UHGV virus genome: UHGV-0124552
Length of the DNA stretch: 16,824 nt
Direction: 5' to 3' (one strand)
Source of the DNA: a virus
Shown: one piece after another, positions 1 through 8,663 of the stretch
Numbering within the stretch: the stretch's first letter is position 1
Layout of the letters: each line of letters opens with the position of its first letter
Translations under genes and position numbers: made by a program
Notes under the pieces: model-generated
What the model was told of the DNA's origin: nothing
The model's input: the letters and a program-made list of their open reading frames with translations, nothing else
Database searches by the model: none

Positions 1-42
1 GATGGTTGAGAGGGTTGCAGGGTAGTAGATAAGTTTTAGATA

Positions 43-68
43 ACAAAAAACCCATTTATGTAAATGGG
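43..68 (-). terminator. Rho-independent terminator-like hairpin in the left flank, outside the element
   Basis: Stem cccattt (51-57) / aaatggg (62-68) with a 4-nt loop, preceded on the + strand by acaaaaaa, so on the - strand the stem is followed by a TTTTTTGT run. Confidence 0.4.
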
Positions 69-147
69 TTAATGGAAACAATAAGTTAGAGTAAAAACAA
101 TAAGTTGGGTTGGTGGTCAGTGGTGGTTATTACGGGGTAATGCCAAC

Positions 148-170
148 CGCTGCCGCCACTTTGTCGCCAC
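148..170. repeat. attL: attL core: left copy of the 23-bp imperfect direct repeat CGCTGCCGCCACTTTGTCGCCAC
   Basis: Matches 16693-16715 (CGCTGCCGCCATTTTGTCGCCAT) at 21 of 23 positions. The integrase gene lies just inside this copy and ogr just inside the other. Confidence 0.6.
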
Positions 171-175
171 TTGTT

Positions 176-445
176 TTACCTTAGACGCCATGGGCCCCTA
201 TCTTCAATCTGTTCGACTAACCCCTCCTCTTCTAGTTCACGCAATAGTGCAACAACCCAATATTGTTGGTTCGAACTTGTGGCTTTCCGTTTTTCTCCCC
301 AATCGAGGCCGCTTAGACGAAATACCTCAGCTTGCTTAACGCCGTTGCCGTTTTTTTGGGCATCTGGGTGAGTTTTAAGTACGGATAAAGCCAATTCTTT
401 GGCTCTGTTGCGCAATTCCGCTCCCTGATGCTGAAACTTATTCAT
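176..445 (-). CDS. Hypothetical 89-aa protein between attL and int; possible small DNA-binding protein
   Basis: ATG at 445 preceded on the - strand by GGAG with an 8-nt spacer. Open frame of 89 codons. No family recognised with confidence. Confidence 0.5.
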   Translation of the reverse strand: MNKFQHQGAELRNRAKELALSVLKTHPDAQKNGNGVKQAEVFRLSGLDWGEKRKATSSNQQYWVVALLRELEEEGLVEQIEDRGPWRLR

Positions 446-503
446 TGATAGTGCTCCATGTGAAAAAAAAGAATATTAGCTCAACAGGGCAAAATACGCA
501 TTT

Positions 504-1535
504 TCAAAAACTTGCTATTGATGTTGGTAGTGTTGCCAGCGGATTAAACCGTAATGCAGTTTCCAGGTGATCCGGTGCTAGATGTGCGTAACGCATAGTC
601 ATTTTTATGTCGTGATGTCCGAGGATTTTTTGCAAAGCAAGGATATTTCCACCCGACATCATAAAATGCGCCGCAAACGTATGGCGCAGAACGTGTGTCA
701 GTTGACCGCGAGGGAGCACGATAGACGTTTTTTCCATCACGGATAAAAATTGAAAATAGCAGTCTGTGAAGAAATTGAACCCATCGAGCGCCATGATCTC
801 TTCGTAAAGCTCTTTACTGATAGGGATGCTTCTGTTTTTCTTCCCCTTCGTTCTGACAAAGGTAATTCGGTATTTGGTCACCTGTGAGCGGGTAAGGTTT
901 ATTGCTTCTCGCCAGCGTGCGCCTGTGCTTAAGCATATCTTGACTACCAGTGCCAGAATTGGGTCCTGACGTTTGCAATCATCCAGCAGTTCAACAATCT
1001 GCTCATGGGTAAGCCATGCCATCTCTTTTTCTGCGATGGTGAATTTTCGCATGTTCTCCAGTGGGTTTGGATACGACCATTCGCCCAGGCGGGATAGTTC
1101 GCTAAAAACACTACTTAGATAGCTTTGCTCCAGGTTAATGGTGACCGGGCTGGCCCCTTTCTTCCATTTCTCGCTGAAGTAGATCTCACCTGTCAGTCGT
1201 TTATCTCGATAATGGGCAAACATTTTAGATGTGAGATCGGTTGCAAGGGGATTGCCCAGAGCGTCAACCATCAGCAGCAATTTGTCATAGACATGCTGCC
1301 CAGCAGTCAGAGATTTACCATGTAGTTTGAACCATAGCTCAACCACGTCTTTCAGGGTTCGACGATCTACTGATTCGCCCAGCCAGGGCTTTGCTTCGGT
1401 TTCTTCCATCGTGTGACGCTCAAAAGCCAGTGCTTCGCCTTTGGTGGCGAATTGTTTACGCACACGACGCCCACTACGTCCGGCGGGGTAACATTCGCAA
1501 AGCCATTTTCCTGTGGTGAGTTTTCGTACTGCCAT
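504..1535 (-). CDS. int: Tyrosine recombinase / phage integrase, P2/186 Int family
   Basis: N-terminus MAVRKL..GKWLCECYPAGRSGRRVRKQF closely resembles P2/186 Int (recalled from memory). C-terminal catalytic region LRHTFAAHF ... MRYAHL. ATG at 1535 has a GGAGGG RBS 8 nt upstream; the longer track ORF starting at 1613 is probably an over-extension. Confidence 0.9.
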   Translation of the reverse strand: MAVRKLTTGKWLCECYPAGRSGRRVRKQFATKGEALAFERHTMEETEAKPWLGESVDRRTLKDVVELWFKLHGKSLTAGQHVYDKLLLMVDALGNPLATDLTSKMFAHYRDKRLTGEIYFSEKWKKGASPVTINLEQSYLSSVFSELSRLGEWSYPNPLENMRKFTIAEKEMAWLTHEQIVELLDDCKRQDPILALVVKICLSTGARWREAINLTRSQVTKYRITFVRTKGKKNRSIPISKELYEEIMALDGFNFFTDCYFQFLSVMEKTSIVLPRGQLTHVLRHTFAAHFMMSGGNILALQKILGHHDIKMTMRYAHLAPDHLETALRFNPLATLPTSIASF

Positions 1536-1721
1536 AAAAAATGCCCTCCAATAGAGAGCATTTTTACTGTATGTATAACCAGTGTCAATGTATGAAATCT
1601 TGCGACCATACATCTCACTGAAGCCATAATGAAGTTGGCTATTTTTTGCTATGTGAGTATGTGACTTTTGCGGTTAGCCTGCGGCTCATTGTTATATTAG
1701 GCGCAGATATAAAAGCAAAAA

Positions 1722-1913
1722 TTATCGCGAGTTTTTAGTACAGATTTTTTTTGATTTACTAATAGTTCCATCATTGCAAACGAACTTTCCATCGGAGGTA
1801 CAGTGAGAGACACCTCCCTTTTTCCCAGAACAAGGATAATTTTTAGCATAGGTAGTTAGTGGGTTTAATAACAAAGAGCATGATAAAACCACAAAAAATA
1901 CCTTACCAAGCAT
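1722..1913 (-). CDS. Small secreted or lipoprotein-like cysteine-rich peptide (63 aa), moron between cI and int
   Basis: Strong RBS (GGAGG, 5-nt spacer) before ATG at 1913. Hydrophobic N-terminal signal-like segment [23 protein letters not shown] followed by a Lys-rich 40-aa region with 4 Cys. AT-rich relative to neighbours. Confidence 0.55.
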   Translation of the reverse strand: MLGKVFFVVLSCSLLLNPLTTYAKNYPCSGKKGGVSHCTSDGKFVCNDGTISKSKKICTKNSR

Positions 1914-1928
1914 AGTTTCCTCCCGGTA

Positions 1929-2498
1929 TTACCTAACGTACTTAATTGTTAAACTTATAATTTTTCCAATTATTTCAACATCTTCTATCTTGCACTCGAA
2001 GGATCTGTTTCCACCTTCAACGAAGATTCTTCCACCGGGTAAACGAGTAATGTCGCGGATTGTTATTTCGCCATCAATACTTATTACCCATTTACCATCA
2101 CGTATATCATCAAATTCTTTATCACAAATAAATTCAGAATTGTTATCTGTGATGACAAAAGGTTTTTTAAACGTAGAGGGTAGAAATCCCTTATCAAAAA
2201 TATAAAAACCGTCTTCACGCAAGGCACCATCAGATAATACATATTTAGCAACTTCCATCGTATTTGTATTACCTGAAGTTTGCTTTGAACCATGTCCAGT
2301 TGTGAGCCAATTAAGCGAGGTGCCCGTTTCAAGGGCGCACTGGATTACCCATTCTGCTGGGAATGAGTCACGCATGTAGCGTGTAGCGAGTGTACTTTTA
2401 GAGATTCCTAAATGATCGCACAACGCCTGTCGAGTTTTGAATCCATAAGCTTCTACCATGCGCTCTATAGCGCCTCGTCCGCCTTTCTCCAAATTCAT
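1929..2498 (-). CDS. cI: Phage 186 CI-type immunity repressor (N-terminal HTH plus C-terminal oligomerisation domain)
   Basis: About 190 aa, with HTH-like segment TRQALCDHLGISKSTLATRYMRDS. Sits divergent to apl-cII as in phage 186. ATG at 2498 with GGAG 5 nt upstream; the track start at 2504 is GTG. Confidence 0.75.
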   Translation of the reverse strand: MNLEKGGRGAIERMVEAYGFKTRQALCDHLGISKSTLATRYMRDSFPAEWVIQCALETGTSLNWLTTGHGSKQTSGNTNTMEVAKYVLSDGALREDGFYIFDKGFLPSTFKKPFVITDNNSEFICDKEFDDIRDGKWVISIDGEITIRDITRLPGGRIFVEGGNRSFECKIEDVEIIGKIISLTIKYVR

Positions 2499-2522
2499 GG
2501 TCACTCCAAGTGAACTTTTATC

Positions 2523-2551
2523 TTGACGATTTCATAGTGCGATCGTATGTT
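2523..2551 (+). promoter_or_regulatory. Candidate early lytic promoter (pR-like) for the apl-cII-A operon
   Basis: TTGACG (2523-2528), 17-nt spacer, TATGTT (2546-2551), lying in the cI/apl divergent intergenic region. Confidence 0.4.
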
Positions 2552-2623
2552 TATGGTGTTCACAAAATACAAACGATCCGTATTCGTCCTGATTAATCAT
2601 CATTAAACGAGGAATGTTGCATC

Positions 2624-2845
2624 ATGAGACCTAACATTTCAATCACTCTTACCACGCCTCATGTGACTATTGAACGCTATAGCGAGCTGACAGGACTGTC
2701 CATCGATACCATCAATGACATGTTGGCTGATGGACGCCTTATCCGTCACCGTTTGCGCAAAGATAAAAAACGCGAAAAAGTGATGATCAACATAGCAGCC
2801 ATGACCGTTGATGCGCTTTCAGAATGCAATCTAAACCTTAATTAG
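2624..2845 (+). CDS. apl: Apl/Cox-like excisionase and transcriptional regulator
   Basis: 73-aa ORF that is first in the rightward operon and divergent from cI, immediately followed by a cII homologue; this is the position of apl in 186 and cox in P2. GAGGA RBS 10 nt upstream. Confidence 0.6.
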   Translation: MRPNISITLTTPHVTIERYSELTGLSIDTINDMLADGRLIRHRLRKDKKREKVMINIAAMTVDALSECNLNLN

Positions 2846-2877
2846 TTCGATTCTGAAATACATCAGAGGCATTGACC

Positions 2878-3387
2878 ATGTTTGATTACCAAGTTTCCAA
2901 ACATCCACATTTTGATGAAGCCTGTCGTGCATTTGCACTGCGCCACAATCTGGTGCAACTGGCAGAACGTGCAGGCATGAATGTGCAGATTCTGCGGAAC
3001 AAGCTGAACCCAGCTCAGCCTCATTTATTAACCGCACCAGAAATCTGGCTGCTTACCGATCTGACTGAAGATTCAACGCTGGTAGATGGTTTTCTGGCAC
3101 AGATTCACTGCCTGCCATGTGTACCGATTAATGAGGTTGCAAAAGAGAAACTGCCGCATTACGTCATGAGCGCAACTGCAGAGATCGGACGTGTTGCAGC
3201 AGGTGCGGTATCTGGTGATGTAAAAACTAGTGCCGGTCGTCGTGATGCTATCAGCAGCATTAACTCTGTAACACGACTGATGGCGCTGGCTGCTGTTTCA
3301 TTGCAGGCCCGTTTACAGGCTAATCCTGCGATGGCGAGTGCAGTTGATACCGTGACTGGCCTCGGTGCTTCATTCGGTTTGCTGTGA
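2878..3387 (+). CDS. cII: 186 CII-like lysogeny establishment regulator
   Basis: 169 aa from ATG 2878 (GAGG RBS 8 nt upstream); same size and position as 186 CII. The track start at 2872 is TTG. Confidence 0.6.
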   Translation: MFDYQVSKHPHFDEACRAFALRHNLVQLAERAGMNVQILRNKLNPAQPHLLTAPEIWLLTDLTEDSTLVDGFLAQIHCLPCVPINEVAKEKLPHYVMSATAEIGRVAAGAVSGDVKTSAGRRDAISSINSVTRLMALAAVSLQARLQANPAMASAVDTVTGLGASFGLL

Positions 3388-3394
3388 GGTGCTT

Positions 3395-3595
3395 ATGCTG
3401 ACGAAAGAACCATCATTTGCATCGCTGCTGGTAAAACAAAGCCCGGCAATGCACTACGGTCACGGCTGGATCATGGGTGAGGATGGTAAACGCTGGCATC
3501 CGTGCCGTTCACAAGATGAATTGCTGGCAGAACTATCTACGAAAAAACGGGGGAACAAATGGCTATTGAAGGCGCTGCGGCGACTGTTCCATTAA
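3395..3595 (+). CDS. Small early-operon protein (66 aa), hypothetical; position equivalent to 186 fil / P2 orf78
   Basis: ATG at 3395 follows the cII stop with GAGGTG just upstream. The track ORF begins at GTG 3365, inside cII. Confidence 0.5.
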   Translation: MLTKEPSFASLLVKQSPAMHYGHGWIMGEDGKRWHPCRSQDELLAELSTKKRGNKWLLKALRRLFH

Positions 3596-3900
3596 GCCCC
3601 GGTGAACGCCTGAATGGACTTAATCACATAGCGGAATTAAGGGCAAAAGTTTTTGGCCTGAATATTGAGTCAGAGCTTGAGCGGTTTATTAAAGATATGC
3701 GTGATCCACGGGATATCAATAACGAACAAAATAAACGAGCACTGGCAGCCATATTCTTTATGGCAAAAATTCCGGCTGAACGTCATAGCATCAGCATCAA
3801 TGAGCTGACCACTGACGAAAAGCGGGAGTTGATTAAAGCAATGAATCATTTTCGTGCAGTGGTGAGCTTATTTCCCAGACGGCTAACCATGCCGAATTAA
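3559..3900 (+). CDS. Hypothetical early phage protein (113 aa)
   Basis: ATG at 3559 with GGGGG RBS 5 nt upstream. Overlaps the previous ORF by 37 nt in another frame. Confidence 0.5.
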   Translation: MAIEGAAATVPLSPGERLNGLNHIAELRAKVFGLNIESELERFIKDMRDPRDINNEQNKRALAAIFFMAKIPAERHSISINELTTDEKRELIKAMNHFRAVVSLFPRRLTMPN

Positions 3901-3967
3901 CCAACTAATGAAATTAATGGCGTAAACCCGCCGAGCATCCCTTTATCTAAATTCAGGAGAATTGATT

Positions 3968-4201
3968 ATGCGTAATATTGAGATCCTCACGACTAAAACC
4001 GGATCGGATGATGCAGGGCTTAATATTTTACTGACAGTGGCTCGTCTGGAAGAACGCCGGGCAAGGGCTGAAGCAATGGCAGCTCGCCTTGATAGCCTGG
4101 CGTGTCATATCTCATCCCGTCAGCTAAACCACGTGGAAGCAGCAGAACTACTGCGTGTAACTGCTGAAGCAATCCAGAACGAAGCGCAGGAGATCCACTA
4201 A
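3968..4201 (+). CDS. Hypothetical early phage protein (77 aa)
   Basis: AGGAGA RBS (3954-3959) 8 nt before ATG 3968. Its stop overlaps the start of the next gene (TAATG). Confidence 0.5.
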   Translation: MRNIEILTTKTGSDDAGLNILLTVARLEERRARAEAMAARLDSLACHISSRQLNHVEAAELLRVTAEAIQNEAQEIH

Positions 4202-4428
4202 TGGCTGATGCAATGGATCTCGTACAGCAGCGCGTTGAAGAAGAACGCCAGCGCCATATTCGTGCTGCCCGTGCCAAAACACCGGGCGTGTCTCGCGTGC
4301 TTTGTATTGAATGTGAAGCGCCAATTCCGCCAGCACGACGCCGCGCCATTCCGGGAGTGCAGCTTTGCATTACCTGCCAGGAAATCGCAGAGCTGAAAGG
4401 CAAACATTACAACGGAGGTGCTGTATGA
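4201..4428 (+). CDS. TraR/DksA-family C4 zinc-finger protein
   Basis: CIECEAPIP ... CITCQ gives a Cys-x2-Cys ... Cys-x2-Cys arrangement. AGGAG RBS 8 nt upstream. Typical small gene of P2-like early operons. Confidence 0.7.
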   Translation: MADAMDLVQQRVEEERQRHIRAARAKTPGVSRVLCIECEAPIPPARRRAIPGVQLCITCQEIAELKGKHYNGGAV

Positions 4429-5282
4429 GCACCATCCTGAAATGGGCGGGAAATAAAACCGCCATTATGTCCGAACTGAAAAAACACCTTCCTGCTGGCC
4501 CGCGACTGGTTGAACCTTTCGCGGGTTCCTGTGCTGTGATGATGGAGACGGATTACCCCAGCTATCTGGTTGCGGATATTAATCCTGATTTAATCAACCT
4601 CTATAAAAAGGTTGCCGCTGATTGTGAATCGTTTATATCTCGCGCCAGAGTTTTATTTGAGATCGCAAACAGGGAGGTGGTTTATTACAACATAAGGCAG
4701 GAGTTTAATTACTCCACTGAAATTACTGATTTCATGAAAGCGGTATATTTCCTGTATCTCAATCGTCACGGTTACCGTGGTTTATGTCGCTATAACAAGA
4801 GCGGGCATTTCAACATTCCCTACGGTAATTATAAAAATCCGTATTTCCCTGAAAAAGAAATTCGCGCATTTGCAGAAAAGGCCCAGCGAGCAACGTTTAT
4901 CTGCGCCAGCTTTGATGAAACGCTGGCGATGTTGAAGGCGGGGGATGTGGTGTATTGCGATCCGCCGTATGACGGTACGTTTTCCGGCTATCACACTGAC
5001 GGCTTCACTGAAGATGACCAGTATCACCTGGCATCTGTTCTTGAACATCGGTCATCAGAAGGACATCCGGTCATTGTTTCTAACAGTGACACATCCCTGA
5101 TCCGTTCGCTGTATCGCAATTTTACTCACCACTACATCAAGGCAAAACGCAGCATCGGTGTGGCAGCTGGCGAGGGTAAATCAGCAACAGAAATCATTGC
5201 TGTTTCCGGGCCGCGCTGCTGGGTGGGATTTGATTATTCGCGTGGCGTGGATAGTTCTGCCGTGTACGGAGTACGTGCATGA
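4425..5282 (+). CDS. dam: DNA N6-adenine methyltransferase (Dam-like)
   Basis: N-terminal LKWAGNK and catalytic CDPPYDG (DPPY motif). GGAGG RBS 7 nt before ATG 4425. Stop overlaps the gpA start (ATGA). Confidence 0.85.
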   Translation: MSTILKWAGNKTAIMSELKKHLPAGPRLVEPFAGSCAVMMETDYPSYLVADINPDLINLYKKVAADCESFISRARVLFEIANREVVYYNIRQEFNYSTEITDFMKAVYFLYLNRHGYRGLCRYNKSGHFNIPYGNYKNPYFPEKEIRAFAEKAQRATFICASFDETLAMLKAGDVVYCDPPYDGTFSGYHTDGFTEDDQYHLASVLEHRSSEGHPVIVSNSDTSLIRSLYRNFTHHYIKAKRSIGVAAGEGKSATEIIAVSGPRCWVGFDYSRGVDSSAVYGVRA

Positions 5283-7693
5283 GTCATGCCGATATGAACA
5301 ACTGCTGCGGCTTTAACGAGGCTGCCGCAGCATTCTCATGGAACAGCCCGAAAAAGGCCATTAACCCTTATCTGGACCCGGCGGAAGTTGCGCCGGTTTC
5401 TACGCTTTCAAACCTGATCACTCTGTACGCTGCCGATAACGAGCAGGAACAGTTGCGCCGCGAGGCACTGAGTGATCAGGTCTGGGAGCGTTATTTCTTT
5501 AATGAATCACGTGATCCTGTCCAGCGCGAAATGGAGCAGGATAAGCTCATTAGCCGGGCAAAGCTGGCGCATGAGCAGCAGCGTTTTAATTCAGACATGG
5601 TCATTCTGGCGGACGTCAACGCCCAGCCTTCCCATATCAGCAAGCCGCTGATGCAACGTATTGAATACTTCAGCAGCCTGGGCAGGCCAAAGGCTTATTC
5701 CCGCTATTTACGTGAGACGATTAAGCCATGTCTGGAACGACTGGAGCATGTACGCGACAGTCAGCTATCTGCATCTTTTCGCTTTATGGCAAGCCATGAA
5801 GGGCTGGATGGCCTGCTGATCCTGCCTGAAATGAGTCAGGATCAGGTGAAACGCCTGTCCACCCTGGTAGCTGCGCATATGAGTATGTGCCTTGATGCAG
5901 CTTGTGGTGATTTGTATGCCACCGATGACGTTAAGCCAGAAGAAATCCGCAAGACATGGGAAAAGGTGGCAGCGGAAACCCTGCGTCTGGATGTCATCCC
6001 ACCTGCGTTTGAGCAACTCCGTCGGAAAAGAAACCGCCGTAAACCCGTGCCCTATGAACTCATTCCGGGTTCGCTGGCGCGTATGTTGTGCGCCGACTGG
6101 TGGTATCGGAAATTATGGAAGATGCGTTGCGAATGGCGGGAAGAGCAGTTGCGCGCTGTTTGCCTGGTCAGCAAAAAAGCATCTCCTTATGTCAGCTATG
6201 AAGCCGTGATGCATAAACGTGAGCAGCGCCGTAAGTCGCTGGAGTTTTTCCGTTCTCATGAACTGGTGAACGAAGACGGCGACACGCTGGACATGGAGGA
6301 TGTGGTAAACGCCAGCAGCAGCAACCCTGCGCATCGCCGCAATGAGATGATGGCCTGTGTTAAAGGTCTGGAGCTTATCGCGGAAATGCGCGGTGACTGC
6401 GCCGTTTTCTACACTATCACCTGTCCGTCGCGTTTCCATTCCACGCTAAATAACGGCAGACCAAACCCGACCTGGACAAACGCGACGGTAAGACAAAGCA
6501 GCGATTATCTGGTCGGCATGTTTGCTGCATTTCGTAAGGCGATGCACAAAGCCGGGTTGCGCTGGTATGGCGTGCGGGTGGCTGAGCCGCATCATGATGG
6601 CACAGTTCACTGGCACCTGTTGTGTTTCATGCGCAAAAAAGACCGCCGTGCCATCACTGCATTACTGCGTAAGTTTGCCATCCGTGAAGACCGCGAGGAG
6701 CTGGGCAATAACACTGGGCCGCGCTTTAAGTCTGAGTTGATTAACCCGCGCAAAGGAACGCCGACAAGCTACATCGCGAAATATATCAGTAAGAACATTG
6801 ACGGTCGTGGTCTGGCTGGCGAGATCAGCAAGGAAACGGGTAAATCTCTGCGTGATAACGCTGAATACGTGAATGCCTGGGCGTCTCTGCATCGTGTTCA
6901 GCAATTCCGCTTCTTTGGTATTCCGGGGCGTCAGGCTTACCGTGAACTTCGCTTGCTGGCTGGTCAGGCGGCAAGGCAACAGGGTGACAAAAAAGCAGGT
7001 GCGCCGGTACTGGATAACCCGCGTCTTGATGCCATTCTGGCTGCTGCTGATGCTGGTTGTTTTGCCACCTACATCATGAAGCAGGGCGGCGTACTGGTTC
7101 CCCGTAAATATCACCTCATCAGAACCGCTTATGAAATCAACGAAGAGCCGACCGCCTATGGCGATCACGGCATTCGTATTTATGGCATCTGGTCACCCAT
7201 TGCAGAGGGCAAGATCTGCACTCATGCAGTGAAGTGGAAAATGGTTCGTAAAGCCGTTGACGTTCAGGAGGCGGCAGCCGACCAGGGCGCTTGCGCCCCT
7301 TGGACTCGTGGCAATAACTGTCCCCTTGCTGAAAATTTGTACCAACAAGGGAAAGACAAATCAGCTGATGGGGATACCAGAACGGATATCACCCGTATGG
7401 ATGACAAGGAGTTGCACGATTACCTGCACAGTATGAACAAAAAAGAACGCCGGGAACTGGCTGCAAGGTTACGCCTGGTGAAACCGAAACGGCGTAGAGA
7501 CTACAAACAGCGAATTACAGACCATCAACGACAGCAGCTCGTCTATGAACTGAAGTCCAGAGGATTTGACGGCAGCGAGAAAGAGGTCGATTTACTCCTT
7601 CGCGGCGGCAGCATTCCGTCAGGAGCAGGCCTGCGTATTTTCTATCGGAACCAGCGTTTGCAGGAAGATGATAAGTGGCGGAACCTGTATTAA
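5279..7693 (+). CDS. A: P2 gpA-family rolling-circle replication initiation endonuclease
   Basis: 804 aa, with HUH-type motif VHWHLLCF and active-site tyrosine motif YIAKYISKN. Last gene of the early operon. Confidence 0.85.
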   Translation: MSHADMNNCCGFNEAAAAFSWNSPKKAINPYLDPAEVAPVSTLSNLITLYAADNEQEQLRREALSDQVWERYFFNESRDPVQREMEQDKLISRAKLAHEQQRFNSDMVILADVNAQPSHISKPLMQRIEYFSSLGRPKAYSRYLRETIKPCLERLEHVRDSQLSASFRFMASHEGLDGLLILPEMSQDQVKRLSTLVAAHMSMCLDAACGDLYATDDVKPEEIRKTWEKVAAETLRLDVIPPAFEQLRRKRNRRKPVPYELIPGSLARMLCADWWYRKLWKMRCEWREEQLRAVCLVSKKASPYVSYEAVMHKREQRRKSLEFFRSHELVNEDGDTLDMEDVVNASSSNPAHRRNEMMACVKGLELIAEMRGDCAVFYTITCPSRFHSTLNNGRPNPTWTNATVRQSSDYLVGMFAAFRKAMHKAGLRWYGVRVAEPHHDGTVHWHLLCFMRKKDRRAITALLRKFAIREDREELGNNTGPRFKSELINPRKGTPTSYIAKYISKNIDGRGLAGEISKETGKSLRDNAEYVNAWASLHRVQQFRFFGIPGRQAYRELRLLAGQAARQQGDKKAGAPVLDNPRLDAILAAADAGCFATYIMKQGGVLVPRKYHLIRTAYEINEEPTAYGDHGIRIYGIWSPIAEGKICTHAVKWKMVRKAVDVQEAAADQGACAPWTRGNNCPLAENLYQQGKDKSADGDTRTDITRMDDKELHDYLHSMNKKERRELAARLRLVKPKRRRDYKQRITDHQRQQLVYELKSRGFDGSEKEVDLLLRGGSIPSGAGLRIFYRNQRLQEDDKWRNLY

Positions 7694-7785
7694 TTACGCG
7701 GATTAACAATTCGTGCTCTTAATAATACCAGGCATATCAGGCTGATGAACGTAAAAAAACGTTTTACATCAGTAAGATTATTATA

Positions 7786-7805
7786 TACTGTAAATATAAA
7801 CAGTG
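7786..7805 (+). promoter_or_regulatory. LexA (SOS) box overlapping a candidate promoter for the downstream Tum/DinI-like genes
   Basis: TACTGTAAATATAAACAGTG fits the CTGT-N8-ACAG LexA consensus (TACTGTATATATATACAGTA) very closely. Possible -35 TTTACA (7763-7768) and -10 TATACT (7784-7789). Confidence 0.7.
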
Positions 7806-7846
7806 GTTATGTATACAGTATTGCTTGTGGTGTCATAGGAGGAAAG

Positions 7847-8035
7847 ATGCAGGACTATTTTTTGGAGTCTTTGAAGCTCCAACGCATTGATTTTTTTCTT
7901 AAGCTTGTAGCGGCTAGTGAGTGTAGTGATGAAGAGAAGGGGCTGGCCCTGCAGTGGGTTTCTGAATTGACAGATGAACTCATGGCAAAAATCAGAAGCC
8001 ACGAATACAACCGCTCAATGGATGTCATCAGCTGA
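7847..8035 (+). CDS. Small SOS-controlled protein (62 aa), possibly the N-terminal antirepressor part of a split 186 Tum-like protein
   Basis: GGAGG RBS 5-6 nt before ATG 7847, directly downstream of the LexA box. Followed within 10 nt by a DinI-like ORF. Confidence 0.45.
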   Translation: MQDYFLESLKLQRIDFFLKLVAASECSDEEKGLALQWVSELTDELMAKIRSHEYNRSMDVIS

Positions 8036-8045
8036 GGGGACTTTT

Positions 8046-8279
8046 ATGCGCATTGAAATAATGATCGATAAAGAGCAGAAGATTAGCCAGTCTATCCTAG
8101 ACGCCCTTGAATCAGAGCTTTACCGCAATCTGCGCCCCCTGTATCCCAAAACGGTAATTCGTATCCGTAAAGGTAGCTCTAACGGTGTGGAACTGACCGG
8201 ACTGCAACTGGACGAAGAAAGGAAACAAGTGATGAAAATTATGCAGAAGGTGTGGGAAGACGACAGCTGGCTGCATTAA
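8046..8279 (+). CDS. DinI/Tum/MsgA-family protein (DinI-like)
   Basis: MRIEIMIDK ... ILDALESEL ... KVWEDDSW aligns by eye to E. coli DinI (MRIEVTIAK ... IDALAGEL ... ETWESADDW). GAGGGG RBS 6 nt upstream. Confidence 0.7.
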   Translation: MRIEIMIDKEQKISQSILDALESELYRNLRPLYPKTVIRIRKGSSNGVELTGLQLDEERKQVMKIMQKVWEDDSWLH

Positions 8280-8663
8280 GAAACGTTGCTGGCGTCTGAA
8301 CTTGCTTCTGGCGTCAGCAAGGTTGAACAACGAGCTATGCGAGGCGTTAGCCATCTGATCAAAAGACATCAAATATCATATTGTATATCGTGGTCAAACG
8401 CTGGAAACAATCATTCCCGATCAGAGGGGCTTCTTTCAATGTCCAAAAGAGTGAGATAGAGGATACAGGATGGGAAGAGCTTTTGATTAATTATCGTCCA
8501 AGTTTTTCAAAAGCTTCTTATCTGGCGGTCGATACATGATTTACTGTTGGATATGGTATTTAAAATTAATCTTTACACTGTGGTATATGCAGAATAGGAT
8601 ATTATCAATACAATCAAACTGTTTTCATACGGTTATTAATATTGCAATGTTATAGGTAATGTC

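Noticed and set aside
171-371. 66-aa + strand ORF overlapping the 89-aa gene next to attL
   Set aside because: The opposite-strand ORF has the strong RBS and the more protein-like composition. This one is Ser/Pro/Arg-rich and lacks an RBS.
1367-1627. 86-aa - strand ORF and the 504-1613 extended integrase start
   Set aside because: The MAVRKL start at 1535 has the RBS and matches the P2/186 Int N-terminus. The upstream extension and the alternative-frame ORF are likely artefacts.
2505-2623. Leftward pL promoter for cI in the switch region
   Set aside because: No convincing -35/-10 pair with 16-18-nt spacing could be identified by eye on the minus strand; only the rightward candidate is reported.
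5765-7168. ORFs embedded in the gpA gene (5765-6016 -, 5892-6209 +, 6113-6439 -, 6662-7168 -, 6522-6740 +, 6873-7079 +)
   Set aside because: Fully contained within the 804-aa replication initiator ORF; low-complexity products and no start signals.
7811-7824. Possible second LexA box (GTATACAGTA) just downstream of the first
   Set aside because: It has only the ACAG half-site, with no CTGT at the correct 8-nt spacing; probably part of the promoter/5' UTR rather than an independent operator.
8577-8592. CTGT-N8-CAGA sequence upstream of the DUF2971-like gene as a LexA box
   Set aside because: The right half-site is shifted by one base relative to CTGT-N8-ACAG, so it does not fit the LexA consensus. 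Retained only as part of the direct-repeat observation.
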